From Amoebophrya sp. A120 (Eukaryota > Protista > Dinoflagellata), in assembly GCA_905178155.1 (NCBI GenBank), contig CAJINV010000029.1:106603-170602 (forward strand): 64,000 bases of DNA, read 5' to 3'. Made by a program: the position numbers and the translations under genes. Below are positions 1-12,303 of the stretch, piece after piece. Position 1 is the stretch's first letter, and each line of letters starts with the position of its first letter. A model generated the notes under the pieces. That model saw only the letters and a list, made by a program, of their open reading frames with translations, was not told the DNA's origin and did no database searches.

Positions 1-1280
1 CAGCTTCCTGCCCTACAGAAAACCTTTCCAAAGTGGAAATCTGTCTTGCAGCTTCCTGCCCTTCAGACAGAAAAAATCCCCAGAGTGGAGATCTGTCTTA
101 CAGCTTCCTGCCCTACAGAAAACCTTTCCAAAGTGGAGATCTGTCTTGCAGCTTCCTGCTCCACAGAAAGCCTTTCCAAAGTGGAAACCTGTCTTGCAGT
201 TTCCTGCCCTTCAGAAAAATTCCCCAGAGTGGAGATCTGTCTTGCATTTTTCTGCCGTTCAGAAAAATTTCCCAAAGTGGGCATCTTTCTTGCAGCTTCC
301 TGCCCTACAGAAAACCTCCCCAGAGTGGAAATCTGTTTTGCAGCTTCCTGCCCTACAGTAAACCTTTCCAGAGTGGAAATCTGTCGCGCGGCTTCCAGCT
401 CTACAGAAAACCTTTCCAAAGTGGAGCCCTGTCTTGCAGCTTCCTGCCCTTCAGAGAAATTGAAATTCCCCACAGGGGAGATCTGTCTTGCAGCTTCCTG
501 CTCTTCAGAAAAATTCCCCAAAGTGGAGAGCTGTCTGGCAGCTTCCTGCTCTACAGAAAACCTTCCCAAAGTGGGAAGCTGTCTCGCAGCTTCCTGCCCT
601 ACAGAAAACCTTTCCAAAGTGGAAATCTGTCTTGCGGCTTCCTGTTCTACAGAAAACCTTTCCAAAGTGGAAATCTGTCTTGCAGTTTCCTGCCCTTCAG
701 AAAAATTCTCCAAAGTGGAGATCTGTCTTGCAGTTTTCTGCCGTTCAGAAAAATCTCCCAGAGTGGACATCTTTCTTGCAGTTTCCTGCCCTTCAGAAAA
801 ATTTTCCAGAGTGGAGATCTGTCTTGCAGGGCCCTGCCGTTCAGAAAAATTTCCCAAAGTGGAAAACTGTCTTGCAGTTTCCTGTCGTTCAGGAAAATTT
901 GGGAGACTGTCTTGCAGTTTCCTGCCGTTCAGTCAGGAAAATTGACCAAAGTGGGAAGCTGTCTTGCAGTTTCCTGCCCTTCAGAAAAGTTGCCCAGAGT
1001 GCCCACCTGTCTCGCAGCTTGCTGCCCTTCGGAAGTGTCCATCTGTCTTGCAGCTTGCTGCCCTTCAGGAAAATCGCCCAAATTGTGAGCCTGTCTTGCA
1101 GCTTCCTGCCCAGGGCTTTCGACCTACAGAAAAATTGCCAGGCCTTCAGAAAAATTGCCCAAGGTTCAGATCTGTCTTGCAGCTCCCTGCCCAGGGTTTC
1201 TTTTCGGCCTTCCCAAAAATTTGCAAGATCTGTGTTGCAGCTTTCTGCCCCGGGCCTTCGGCCTTGCGAAAAATTTGCCA
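1..1280. repeat. 48-bp tandem satellite (cagcttcctgcccttcagaaaaattccccagagtggagatctgtcttg), runs off the window start
   Basis: About 26 degenerate units; 16-aa periodicity in several ORF frames; same unit recurs at 29150-31530. Confidence 0.95.
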
Positions 1281-1846
1281 GAGGCTCCCCGAAAATAAAA
1301 CGCGCGAAATTCAAAAGGGTGGGGCTGGGAGGGCGGGCGTAGATTCCCGCCCCTTGTTGTGTTGGCGACGCGATTCATGAGACACCGGCGGCCCGGTTCC
1401 GCCGAACCCAGCCGGGCCGGTTCCCGCCAGACCACCGAACGGAAAAGCCACCCCGCTCGCCGCCAGCAAGATCGCCGCCCGGTGCAGGCCTGATGGTATA
1501 TATCTATGTTTTTTTTTGTGTGTTTGTATGTATTTTTCAACGAACGCTGCCAGAGCTGAGCATGAAAGATGAATGTGAACAATGTGCGGCCATCCAGCGA
1601 CGAGCAGCGTTTCAGCTTCGCTGGTATGTAGCTCTCGAGGCATTATTGTTGATACAAAGTTAGAAAAGAACAAACTCAAACTAAGAAAGCACCAATTCAA
1701 ATTAAGCGCAAAACCCAACGCAAATTAAACAATCGAAGTCGAAACTTAGCACCCCGAAACTGCAGTAACCCGAAAGCACGAACAAACTAGCACCGCCACG
1801 ACCTTGTCGATACGAATCTATCGCAAAAGTATCTTGCTATCTTGCT

Positions 1847-2102
1847 TAACAAGTGCAAGCATGTCTGGGTCTGAAAGATATTTGCATGACAAACGCACGC
1901 AAGATACTAAGCCGGTGATGTTACATGAGCCCGCGGGTCGAAGATTGCAAAAGTTCGACTCCTCTAGCAGCTTACGCAATACAGATTTTTGCTGCTCATG
2001 CAGTACAGATTTTTGCAGAATCCAAATGCAGCATCAAAAGATACACGATCTGCAGGGATGCAAGTTGCACTCTTTCAGGCCCAAACATCTTTGCACTGGA
2101 TA
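1847..2102. mobile_element. Introner family A, decayed
   Basis: taacaagtgcaagcatgtctgggtctgaa ... ttcaggcccaaacatctttgcactggata; DR not recognisable. Confidence 0.65.
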
Positions 2103-2204
2103 CTTTATTTTTCAAGTTAAGATAGACATAGCAACACCTACACCGGCCTCCTGCGTCGCAGTTCTATTCTGCCTGCAGTGCAACATACGGCAACCTTTAA
2201 CAAT

Positions 2205-2513
2205 TACCTTGTGGAAAAACGTCCCCCCCGGCCCATCTTCAAGATGTGCTCGCTAGGGGTATGCACACAAATCAGCAGCGTGTGGCTGTTGCGCATAAGA
2301 AGTTTGGTCTCGCAGTGCGGTGCGTGGTGTTCGCGCTGGTGTTTAGCTACTAGCGCAGCCGCGTCGCAAGTCGATCAGCCGTTTGGCTCTGCTTCTAGCA
2401 TGACAGATCCTATAGCGTACTTAGCGGCCCTCCGATTCTAGCATCACAGATCTCATACTAACCACTAGCGAACGCTTTTCAGATATGCACCGGGGACGTT
2501 TTTCCTCAGGATA
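2205..2513. mobile_element. Introner family D
   Basis: taccttgtggaaaaacgtcccc ... ggggacgtttttcctcaggata; DR acaat/gcgat. Confidence 0.75.
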
Positions 2514-4189
2514 GCGATAGGCTTGCTGTTTTTTTGACTACTATCTCGCCCGGTCTTCCTTTTGGGAAAAAAGTCGCACCTCCACACCTACAACAGGATA
2601 AGACGCCGCGGCAATGTCAATGCAGCAGTCGGACCCGGACGCGGATAGCAGCAATCCGATAGAAGAGGAAAAGCGTTCGGAGGCGTATGCTATCCAAAAA
2701 TGATATCCCGCCCCCACTCAAAATGTAAATTCCCAGCTTTTCCAGGCACCCATGCCAGATTCCGGGCCACCCAGCCTTGCGCGGCGCCCTTCTTTCTAAA
2801 GTGCTGTGGTTCGATAGTGGTGGCCCGTGCGCCCCTTCCGGTTCGGTAGCCAGAAGCTCGGGAGGGCGCTCTGGCAGTGCGGCACCTCTGCTGCCATTGT
2901 GATTGTGTTCCTGCCAGAACGTCTCCGCGCTTTTCAGGGAGTTGCGCCCCTGCCGATGGTAGCTTACGGCCGGCCCGCTTGGCCCTTTTCTCCAGCACTT
3001 TGGTTGCCGTGGCAGCGGATTCTTGTTGCCGCGCCGAAGGTCTTGGTGCCACAGCAATAACTGCGACGCCTACTCATGTCCCCCTCGGGGGCTCTTGGCG
3101 ACGCAAATTGCTAAAGGCGGCCCGCGGCCCGCGGGAGAATGCAAACTACGACAGGGGGCCCGTAGCCTCACAGTTCGTTGGAGGCCCGCCGCCGATGGAG
3201 CGCGACCTTCCGACTTTCTGTTCGCAGCGTTGCTCGCCCCTGTGGCACGGCAGAAGCCGGGCGGGCCCAATTTTTTCACTGCGTAGCCCAGCCCCATTTT
3301 CTCAATCGGTAACCAGAAAGCTTGGGAATTCGCTCCGCCAGCAGAACGGTGGGCCCTGTTGTGTACCCCAGGAAGAGCAGTTGCGGCAGAATTCGCCTCC
3401 TGTGGTATTTGGGAGGGCCCTTCGTGTGCGCCGGCCGAGGCGAGCTTTATTTCCATAGCTTTCCAGGGAGTTGCGACCCTGCCGATGGTAGCTTCTTTTT
3501 GTGCCCGCACTTTGCCGGGGCTTTCTTGTTTGAATTGAGGGCGCGAACGGGGGCCGCCCCCGGGCAGCTTCGCGGCGGCCCTCTTTTGGGGCCGCCCTGC
3601 GTCCGCTGGTTTCGTTGCTCTACGTAGCGGAAGCCCCTGTAGCCATTTCGCCTGCTTCTGGCTGATTGTTTGTTGGCCCGGTGCGGGTGTTTGCCGGGAT
3701 CATGCAGCGCACCCCGCTGCACCCCCACGAACACGGGCGGCGGCGGGGTGCACTCTCCGGCCAACCTCCTAAGAGCTTATTTGGGGGACTGCAGCCTACC
3801 TGCCCTGCCGGCTTGGTAGATTGTTAGCTTCCTACAACCGGCCCGGGACGGGGCAGTTTTGTAGCAGGGCGCCGCGCCCAGGCGCTCCCGTTTATCATTT
3901 TGTGGGGCCTGCGCATGGTGCTTACCCCCCGTGCGCTAAGCGCCGAGCCCCCTGCCAGGCTTCTTTGCCATTTACCAATCCAAAAAGCATTCCCGCTCCC
4001 CCTGCCCCTTACTTTGGAAATTTATGAGTTGAGTGGGGGCGGTCTGGCGGAAGGATACCGCGACGCACGACTCTACGGCTGATGCCGTATAACGGCCTGC
4101 ACTACCCGCCAGCCCTGTGCACAGAAATACGCACTAAAAATCTGTCAGGATCAGGCATGGCAAAGAGCAAGCTCTGATCTTTTCATGCG

Positions 4190-4415
4190 CAAACCCAGCA
4201 AATTCAAATTCAGAACTTGTGATGCGCAAACTCAGACACTTCGATGCTCATAGCAAGTTTGGAACTTGTCATGTGCAAACTCAGACACATCGATGCTCAT
4301 GGCACATTTGGAGTTTGTCAATAGCAAACTTGGAACTTGTCAGAGCAAATTCCTAACTTCTCAGAGCAAATTCCTAACGTGTCATGCGCAAATGCAGACA
4401 CTTCGATGCTCATGC
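4190..4415. repeat. Three copies of tgt(c/g)atg(c/t)gcaaa..cagacac(t/a)tcgatgctcat plus shorter subrepeats
   Basis: Direct repeats near 4218, 4267 and 4379. Confidence 0.8.
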
Positions 4416-5236
4416 ATTCGAAGAACAAGGACGGACGGACGGAATGTCTGCAATGTCAGTGGCCCTGAACCTGATATATTTGAGGTCTATAGCAAGTGAA
4501 CGAAGGCGATACCAATGAAGGAAAATCCATCCCCTCCCCATGTTGTCGCCTCTCAGACCGCCTCGCTCAGCTGGAGCAATCTCAATGAAAGACGACGTAT
4601 TGGAGCAATGAATCTGTGATGCAAATTGTGGCTGATCTCTTCTTGCATTTCGTGCTCTGCTATGATCTAGCTCATGTCAACGAATCTGATGCGATCTAGT
4701 CTTTTGGTGTTTACCATGACAAATCTAGGACGCCCGAAACTGCATTGCAATCCATCCCGATTCTTGAAGCACTTTCCATGTCAAATTCAAATTATGACTG
4801 AGGCGCTTTCCATGTCGCAGTCAAATTATGGTTGAATGACTGCAGCGCTTTCCATGTCAAAGTCAAACTATTTTGGACGGTGGCTAGTCTAGAGGCTGAG
4901 GCTCTTGATGCGGTGTCTAGCATGACAAACTTATGAGGCCCCAAATAACGGGATTGACAGTCGTAACGAATTGGCATGCAGGACAAATTAGCGGATCGAA
5001 TTGAGATTGTTCCAGGAGTACTTGAACGCGGGCAGTTAGGTTCTTTCATCACGAGAGGACCCGCGACGAGTAGACGGAGAACCCGGGCCGGACCTCGCGA
5101 CCAGCACGCATGCAACCTCCGTGCGTTTATGACCGAGGAAGGAGTCAAGGAGGTTCCGTTCTTCTGGTTCCCCTAGCGCACAGAGACGGGCTTCCGGCTC
5201 CTCGACGAATTCTGCCGGGCCTCGTCGCCTCGTCTT

Positions 5237-5373
5237 TGCTCCAGGGCCAGTGCATGGTATCAAGTTTGTCGACCAAGGCGGCGGCCTTGCCGGGAAATTA
5301 GACCCTTGTCCTTGCTCCAGGGCCAGTACATGATATCAAGTTTGTCGATCCGCGGGTTTGCCTCGCCGGGAAA
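5237..5373. repeat. Imperfect tandem duplication, about 75-bp period
   Basis: tgctccagggccagt.catg.tatcaagtttgtcga...gccgggaaatt occurs twice. Confidence 0.8.
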
Positions 5374-5516
5374 TTCGATCCGCGGGCCCAGCATGGGTTC
5401 CCGAACTATGGCCTCGGAGGCCTCGAGTCGTAAATCGCCTTCTTTCTACAATGCACTGCAGATCCCGGGCGCATCGAACATCACACAGCGGAGCGCTGAG
5501 ATCGCAAAAGACCTCA

Positions 5517-5896
5517 CATGAGAGTGCACAACTCCCCCTCCCCCTCATTTGTCATGCAAAATACTATAAATATGAACTGCAAAAGTATCGTACTACGTAC
5601 TCGTATAAATGGTATCGTACTAGGTACTCGTATAAATGCATTACAAATTTCCTCAGCATGAGAAAGAAATAAAATTTGTAATGCGGATTCACCTCAAGAA
5701 AAAGATTTGCAATGCATGACTGCAATACGAGTGCGACACTTTTGCACAGGATATCCTACCCAGTTTGGCTTTCTTGGCTCAATAGCATTACACTCCTGGT
5801 ATCCAAATTTGTCATGCAAAGCCTGTATTCTTGCTGACGCTTGTATTGCTGTTCATGCAATACAAGCGAGGGGAGTGGGGGTTGTGCGCTTTCATA
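5517..5896. mobile_element. Introner family E carrying a nested family C element
   Basis: catgagagtgcacaactccccctc ... gggggttgtgcgctttcata; DR cctca/cgtcg. Confidence 0.8.
5571..5753. mobile_element. Introner family C, nested in E
   Basis: tatgaactgcaaaagtatcgtac ... cgacacttttgcacaggata; body matches 59764-59918. Confidence 0.8.
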
Positions 5897-6324
5897 CGTC
5901 GTCAAGTTCGTCTACTACGACCGCGGGAACCATAAGGATCTGAGGTCCAATCCTCCAACTCGGTGGTTACCGAATTTTTCTCCGACGACACCAACGCACC
6001 GCATTCCAGCAGTTACGTCGCGGGCTACATGAGCTCGCAATGCGGGAACACCAGCACCCCTGCACTGCCGGTGGACCTGACACTGACTGGCAGCAGCCAC
6101 CAGCACGGGACCAGCAGTGGTGGCGCCGGGGGACATCATGGAACTGCCGGCGATATCATATTGAATGAAAATGAAGTGCCCCGCCCCCAGATGAGGTGGG
6201 AACTATTTCTGCGGAAGACGTTGGTTTATTTCTCAGCGAGGAACAGCTGCATTTCTCAGCGAGGACCAACTGCTAGACCGGAAGTACGAGGCGCAGCGGC
6301 GGCGGCTGCAACAGCGAAGACGGG

Positions 6325-6643
6325 TAGCAATTGCAAATATCGACTGGTAGCAATTGCAAATATCGATCTGGGTCTGGAAACTTGCGATGCTAGAATGTGA
6401 CACTTGCGATGCTAAAGCACTGCAATACGCACCCAAGCATGACACTTTTTTGAGCCGGTTCATGGTGTTTCGGTTTATTCCGCATGGAAAACTGCGTTTT
6501 TGCATGGCAAACTGCATCTCAATGAAATGAAAAAATGGCAGGCAAGATGCCTGCTTCTGCATGACAGATAGACCAATCAATCATGCCCGAGAAGCATGAC
6601 AAACTTGTTTCTTCCAGACACAGACACATATTTGCATTTGATA
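6325..6643. mobile_element. Introner family A with duplicated left end
   Basis: tagcaattgcaaatatcga twice, then tctgggtctggaa ... tttgcatttgata; perfect DR acggg. Confidence 0.9.
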
Positions 6644-6693
6644 ACGGGACCGCCGAAACGAGATTGCCGACGAGCGGGAAGTGAGCAAACAGG

Positions 6694-6922
6694 TATGACA
6701 ATGCGCAACTCCCCCTCCCCCTGATTTGTCATACAAAGTGCTTACCTAATTTACGCCGTACCTCTTGGCACTGTCTGCATGACAAGTTGTGGCAGCCCAA
6801 ATAGCACTAGTACACCCCTGTCCAAATTTGTGATGCAAAACCGGCATTCTTGCTGACGCTTGTACTATTTCTGTTCATGCAATACAAATGAGGGGGACGA
6901 GGGGGAGTTGTGAACTCTCATA
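6694..6922. mobile_element. Introner family E
   Basis: tatgacaatgcgcaactccccctc ... gagggggagttgtgaactctcata; perfect DR acagg. Confidence 0.93.
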
Positions 6923-6961
6923 ACAGGTGATGCGCAACGCGGAGATGTTCCGGCACGAGCT

Positions 6962-7260
6962 TATCCTGTGTAAAAACCTCCCCACTCCACAGTTGTAGTT
7001 ATGCGGATTTGCAATATACAGGAACAGTTGCAATGCGCATCCCCATTACAGGCACAATCTTCTATCGTGTTTTATTTTTTGGAATTTGCCATGCTGCAAA
7101 CAGGATAAGGAGACATTTTTGTGGTGCGGCTGTGCACGCCAAACTGCAATACGATGCAGAGAGCCACTTCAAAAATCTGTAACGGCTCCCAAACTTTCTG
7201 GATTTGTGTTGCTAAGCTCCCAACTTGACTCTGGGTGGATAGGGATGCCTTGCCAGGATA
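6962..7260. mobile_element. Introner family D
   Basis: tatcctgtgtaaaaacctcccc ... ccaggata; perfect DR gagct. Confidence 0.88.
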
Positions 7261-7266
7261 GAGCTG

Positions 7267-7371
7267 TACGCATTGCAAATATGTCTGGGTCTGGATGTGT
7301 AGTGCATGACTTCAAGGACAAAAAGGATTACTGATGCCTAAATACGATGAGAGGGGGTTGTTGACTCCCAT
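7267..7371. mobile_element. Chimeric introner remnant (family A left end fused to family E right end)
   Basis: tacgcattgcaaatatgtctgggtctgga ... gagagggggttgttgactcccata. Confidence 0.6.
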
Positions 7372-7468
7372 AGCAACCAGCTCTAAACGACCGTGACGAG
7401 GGAAAGGATGGCGCCCGTGCAGGTGCTCCACCACGACACGGCGAGGGGAATAAGCCCGAGGTGACGAA

Positions 7469-7626
7469 TATGCATTGCAAAAGTATCGCACTAGTATACT
7501 TTGCATGTACAAATTGACTTAGCATTACAAATTAATATAAATTTGTAATGCGGATTTGCCTTAAGAAAAAGACTTGTAAATGCATATAGAGCAAGTAGTA
7601 CGAGTGCGATGCTTTTGCACTGCATA
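7469..7626. mobile_element. Introner family C (158 bp)
   Basis: tatgcattgcaaaagtatcgcac ... gatgcttttgcactgcata; paralogous to 9182-9339. Confidence 0.9.
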
Positions 7627-7671
7627 CGAGTGCGTGAAGATGAAGAACTTTCCCCGGTCGGCGTGCGGGGA

Positions 7672-7953
7672 TATCCTGAGCAAAAACGTCCCCGCCCCGC
7701 AGTTAGGTTCGTAACTGTGCAACACAAATTCTGAAGATTTGGGAGTCTCGCATGACAAGTTTTTCTCTGTATTGCAGTGCAGGTTAGCTGCAAGGACAGC
7801 CACATCACAAATCCACTTCCCGACTCTCTTTGCAGCATTACAAATGCCAAAACACAACTGAAAATGATGCTCACGGGGAAGCGCATTACAAGTCTTCCTG
7901 TTATTGCAAATCTGCATGACAACGTTGGGGTGGGGCCGCTTTTACTCAGAATA
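7672..7953. mobile_element. Introner family D
   Basis: tatcctgagcaaaaacgtccccgcccc ... ggggtggggccgcttttactcagaata; DR gggga/aggga. Confidence 0.9.
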
Positions 7954-8032
7954 AGGGACCGATCGACGTGACGCATGAGGTGGACGCGGTCCCGCGCGAG
8001 CAGGGAGAGAAACAGGGGAAGCGGGGCAGCAG

Positions 8033-8353
8033 TATCCTGAGTGAAAATAGCGTCCCCATCCACCGAGAGTTGTCTTTGTCATGCAAATCTGCATGATTAA
8101 GGTGGTTCTCATGCGGAGCCCCATGAGGGCTGTTTTCTAGTCGCCGCGTGTCGAAATTTGTGATGCTCGAATAAGCATAGTATCGATATCTCAGGTATGT
8201 GATGCTGCTGCAGTAGTGAAACAGGATTATACTGCGAGGCCACAGTCACAGAACTTGTCATGCACAACAGCCAAAGCTTGAGCTTCTTGTTCTTGACTTG
8301 TGTAGCAGATATCCCATCTCGACTATGAGGTGGGGACGTTTTCACATAGCACA
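8033..8353. mobile_element. Introner family D
   Basis: tatcctgagtgaaaatagcgtcccc ... ggggacgttttcacatagcaca; DR agcag/agcaa; body resembles 11121 and 52446 copies. Confidence 0.8.
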
Positions 8354-8392
8354 AGCAAGCGGACTCGATATGGGGTTCGCGCACGGACTCGA

Positions 8393-8659
8393 TATGGGGT
8401 TCTCAAACGCTACATAGTGAGTTGCTACGTGAACTTGTCATGCAAGATTAGCATCAGCACCGACCCACACGAGCAAGCTCCTTCGCATGACAAATCTCGG
8501 AAGGGCATGATAATTATAATGTGCCGAGTTTGTTGTAACTAATTCTGATGCGAAAACTCAACCTCTTGCTCTTTCCTTCCAATTTTGCATTTGCTATTCT
8601 TGCATATACAAACTGGTCATGTAACAGCTCACAATGTAAAAACGATTGAGAGCCCCATA
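8393..8659. mobile_element. Introner family B
   Basis: tatggggttctcaaacgctac ... aacgattgagagccccata; left junction duplicated at 8361-8392. Confidence 0.8.
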
Positions 8660-8863
8660 CCCGTTGAGTGCACCACCAGCAATTCGAAACCAGTTTTCGA
8701 CTTCCATAGCAGCGCCTTGGGCCCTCTGTCAAAGAGTTTGCTTGGTCCCAAGCGGTGAGGGGCGCGAGCAGTGCCGGTGCGGGGACCAGCGGAAGAAAAG
8801 TGCGAAACAACTATCCTGACGATGAACCACGAGACGAGGACTGTGTGGACGGAAAGAAGCACC

Positions 8864-9085
8864 TATGAAATTGCACAACTCCCCTTCTGCCTCATTTGTC
8901 ATGCGAAATACCAAATCTACTCTTTGGCCCTTTCCCTTTGGAATATTAGCATGACAGATTCTGAACGCCCAAACACTACTACAATCCTGTGAAAATTTGT
9001 CATGCAAAAGCTGCACTCTTGCAGGCCCTTCTATTGCTGTTCGTGCAATACAAATGAGCAGGAGGGGGAGTTGTGCACTCTCATA
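8864..9085. mobile_element. Introner family E
   Basis: tatgaaattgcacaactccccc ... gggggagttgtgcactctcata; DR gcacc/gcaac. Confidence 0.9.
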
Positions 9086-9181
9086 GCAACCGGCTGCAAA
9101 CGACCGTGGTGAAGGAAAGGATTGCGCCCATGCACGTGCTCCACCGCGACACGTTGTGGGGAATAAGCTCGAGGTGACAAA

Positions 9182-9339
9182 TATGCATTGCAAAAGCATC
9201 GCACTAGTGTGCTTTGCATTTACAAATTGACTTAGCATTGCAAATTCATTTTATTTGTAATGCGGATTTGCCAAAAGCAAAAAGATTTGTAAATGCATAT
9301 AGAGTAAGTAGTACGAGTGCGATACTTTTGCACTGCATA
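9182..9339. mobile_element. Introner family C (158 bp)
   Basis: Same termini and flanking exon as 7469-7626. Confidence 0.9.
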
Positions 9340-9456
9340 ACCGAAAACGGCCGTGAAGATGAGGAACTTTCCCCGGTCGGCGTGCGGGGATATCCTGAGC
9401 TTTCCCCGGTCGGCGTGCGGGGATATCCTGAGCAAAAACGCCTCCACCACGCAGTT

Positions 9457-9900
9457 AGGATCTACTATTCGTCTTTCTTCTTTTGAGGATCCATTGCTAT
9501 TTTTGCGGATCTATTTTTCCAGATCGGCTTTTTCCAGATCTCAACAAGATCTCTCTTGTCGGGTCAGGATCTGTTTCTGAGGATCTGAGGATCTTTGTGC
9601 GAGGCTCGAGGTTTGCGGATCTATTTTTCCGGATCGGGATCTGTTTTCTCGGGATCTGTTACTGGTTTGAAGGTCAGTGCAATGCTACAGATCAGGAGCA
9701 GGATCGGATCTGTTTTCTCGGGATCTGTTTTGAAGGTCAGGAGCATTGTTACAGATCAGGACCAAGATCATTTGCGCCGATCTATTTTGTACAGATCAAG
9801 ATCAAGATCATTTTGCGCAGATCATTTGTACAGATCAAGATCATCAAGATCATTTTAAGATCATTTCGGGCCTTTCACCAAAACCCCTGCATAGAGATCA
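9457..9900. repeat. GATC-dense low-complexity tract
   Basis: Reiterated ggatct then agatca motifs; truncates a family D left end at about 9424. Confidence 0.8.
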
Positions 9901-10665
9901 GGTTTAGCTTACAGCTCAACGACGTCCCGCCAGGCGCTTCCATATTCGAGCGGTGTGAGCTGCGGGATTCCGATACAGCGGAGGACGAGGGCGACAAGGG
10001 CAGCCGTTGTGGAGGCCTCAGCTGGTGCGATCAATCTCAACTGAAAGATAGAACGTCTGATGCAGATTGGAGGCAATCGGTCTAGATATGTTGGCGCGTC
10101 TTAGCGTTAGCGCTGCAAACCTATCAAGCCTCAGCCCTCAAGCTAAAATCTGTGCATCAGGCCCCCATCCGTAAGCTAAAATCTGTGCAGAATCTGTCAC
10201 GACAAACAGCAAACCGCACCACTGACATCTGTGCAAAGCCCTTCAACAATCTGTCGGGCCATCGGTTAGTGCCAGCGCAGCTGCTTACTGGGCTGCGATG
10301 TAGAGAGTGCGTTGTAATAAAGCTTCATCAAGTCGAAAGTGCTCAGGCCAGTTTCTCTCCCGGATCATGTTCGGTGATCTTGAAACTATTCCAGTTGAGA
10401 TTGTCGCAGCTGAGCAGGCCACACCTGTGCCTGCAAACCTTGCGAAGTCCGGGAAGATGCAGATGGTGTCGCCCAGTTACACCCCGGTGTTCAATCTGCG
10501 AGACTTGCGCGACCACCTTGAGGACTCGCCACTGGGGCGGCCGGCTTCAACCGCGAGCGGTGGGTCCTACGGGAAGACGAAAAGCTGGACCCCTCATTCG
10601 CGACCAGCGAGCAGACACCGTCCGTCGGGCTCTTTCTCCGCCACGTTTTGTTCTCGGGGGAAAAG

Positions 10666-11077
10666 TATCAACTGCAAATAAGTATGTCTGGGTCTGGGAG
10701 GTTGTAAGGCTAGAAGTGAATGATAGGCGCACTCCAATGCAATGCAGCCAAGCATAGCATGAATTTTTGGCCTGCTAGGTCGTTTTGCATACGTATCGCG
10801 CATGCCAAAGCTGCGTTTTTGCATTGCAGGCAACTGAGGAACTAGTTTCTGTGCCCATGCGTCAGTCAGTATCGAGCTATATCAACAAACACGCATGGTA
10901 AATCTAGCAACCATGCAAAAACGCAGCTAAGTTTGTAGTGCGTCCTGCGCATGACAGAGCGCTTTAAAAATTTGTCATGCTGCACTGCACTCAAGGGAAG
11001 GGCACAGACAATCGTGGCCATTCAGCATTACAAGTCTCCAGACCCAGGCCGAAGCCCAGACCTATTTGCAATGCATA
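10666..11077. mobile_element. Introner family A (long)
   Basis: tatcaactgcaaataagtatgtctgggtctgg ... cccagacctatttgcaatgcata; DR aaaag/ggaag. Confidence 0.8.
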
Positions 11078-11120
11078 GGAAGGCGGAAGTGATGGATTTG
11101 ACGGAGACGGAGAGGCTCGC

Positions 11121-11415
11121 TATCGTATTCAAAAACGTCCCCCCCTATAGCTGTAATGCAAATCTGCATGCTGAATCTGAAAAAGAAAATGTTTATCATG
11201 TGGAGCCCCATGAGAAGCATTTTCTATTCGTGTTTTTGAATTTGTCATGCTTCAATCAGCATCATATACGAGATCTGTGATGCTGCTGAACTAGCTCAAG
11301 CAGCACGAAGATACGAGTTCAAATTTGTCATGCGAAACAGCCGAAGCTTGTGGATTTGTCGAGCCGATTCCCCATCTTGACAGACTATGGGGCGGGGGCG
11401 TTTTTACATAGGATA
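11121..11415. mobile_element. Introner family D
   Basis: tatcgtattcaaaaacgtcccc ... gggggcgtttttacataggata; DR ctcgc/ctcgt. Confidence 0.9.
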
Positions 11416-11713
11416 CTCGTGCAGCAAGTTTGCCCGCGGCGTGCACGACTATGGGCGCTCGGTCCGCGAGCGACGCAGGGTTTTGACCCTGCAGGTAACG
11501 GCAGGTGGCAGCCTGGTCGAAACGAAGATGGAGCTGGCCGCTGGCGCTCCCGTGCAGGGATCCGAGCTGCAGATCTTGTTACTCCTACGTACCCGGTGTC
11601 GACGTTTCAAGACCCCGACACATTTGCAATTGATACAAGGTAGTCCTCGGGGTTCAATATTCGAAGCAATCGGGGAGAGGTTTGGCAACCAGGGGAGGGG
11701 GATGGATTCTTTT

Positions 11714-11980
11714 TATGCATTGCAAATATGTCTGGGTCTGGAAAGTTGTCATGCTATATGTCCGAATCATGCGCAAACTGTATTGCGGAGCCGCGCATGA
11801 CAAGTTTTTGAGCGACTATATTTATCTAGCGTTAACCGCATGACAAATGCAACAAGTTGCGTTTTTGCATGAAAAACAAGTGGCATTGTAGCGCAACGAG
11901 CATGACAGACTTTTCTGTATGGTCGACCAAGCATGACAAACTTTGCATTCTTCCAGACCCAGACATATTTGCATTTGATA
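11714..11980. mobile_element. Introner family A
   Basis: tatgcattgcaaatatgtctgggtctggaa ... ttccagacccagacatatttgcatttgata; DR ctttt/ttttt. Confidence 0.93.
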
Positions 11981-12303
11981 TTTTTCATTATGATAAAAAA
12001 CCAAGCGGACGGGGATGCCGGGCGCGTGTGCTGGCGACCTGTGTGTGTAGACCCAAGCTGAGGGCCTATCAAAAATACAAAGAAGACCCCGGTGGTGGCA
12101 GGACCAAAAAGCGCCGCGCTGTCCGAGGTGGAGAAGAACCTCCTCCAGACGGACCTCGGCAAGTCGGGAGAGGGCATCAGAGTAGGTGTAGGAGCACTCG
12201 CCTCGCACCTCCTACGAACCGGAACCGACGGGCAGGCTTGCGGCGGGGCCGACTGTTGCGCACGTCTGCTTCTTCTGCTCAACATCACGATGGTGCAAAT
12301 TGG

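Larger units (their letters stand above)
5897..12303 (+). pseudogene. Decayed introner-riddled coding region (one or more gene relics)
   Basis: Protein-like exon pieces (e.g. FLSEDQLLDRKYEAQRRRLQQRRRDRRNEIADEREVSKQVMRNAEMFRHEL after removing two elements), but a 23-bp frameshifting duplication near 6228-6273, in-frame stops, and chimeric or truncated introners prevent a continuous ORF. Confidence 0.45.

Noticed and set aside
1-1380. Long ORFs in several frames (33..1088, 46..945, 63..857 etc.)
   Set aside because: By-product of a 48-bp stop-poor satellite; the same repeat lies inside an intron at 29-31.5 kb
2617-4082. Overlapping GC-rich ORFs
   Set aside because: No introners or recognisable motifs; contains an internal ~35-bp direct repeat (2931/3461), so more likely repeat-derived
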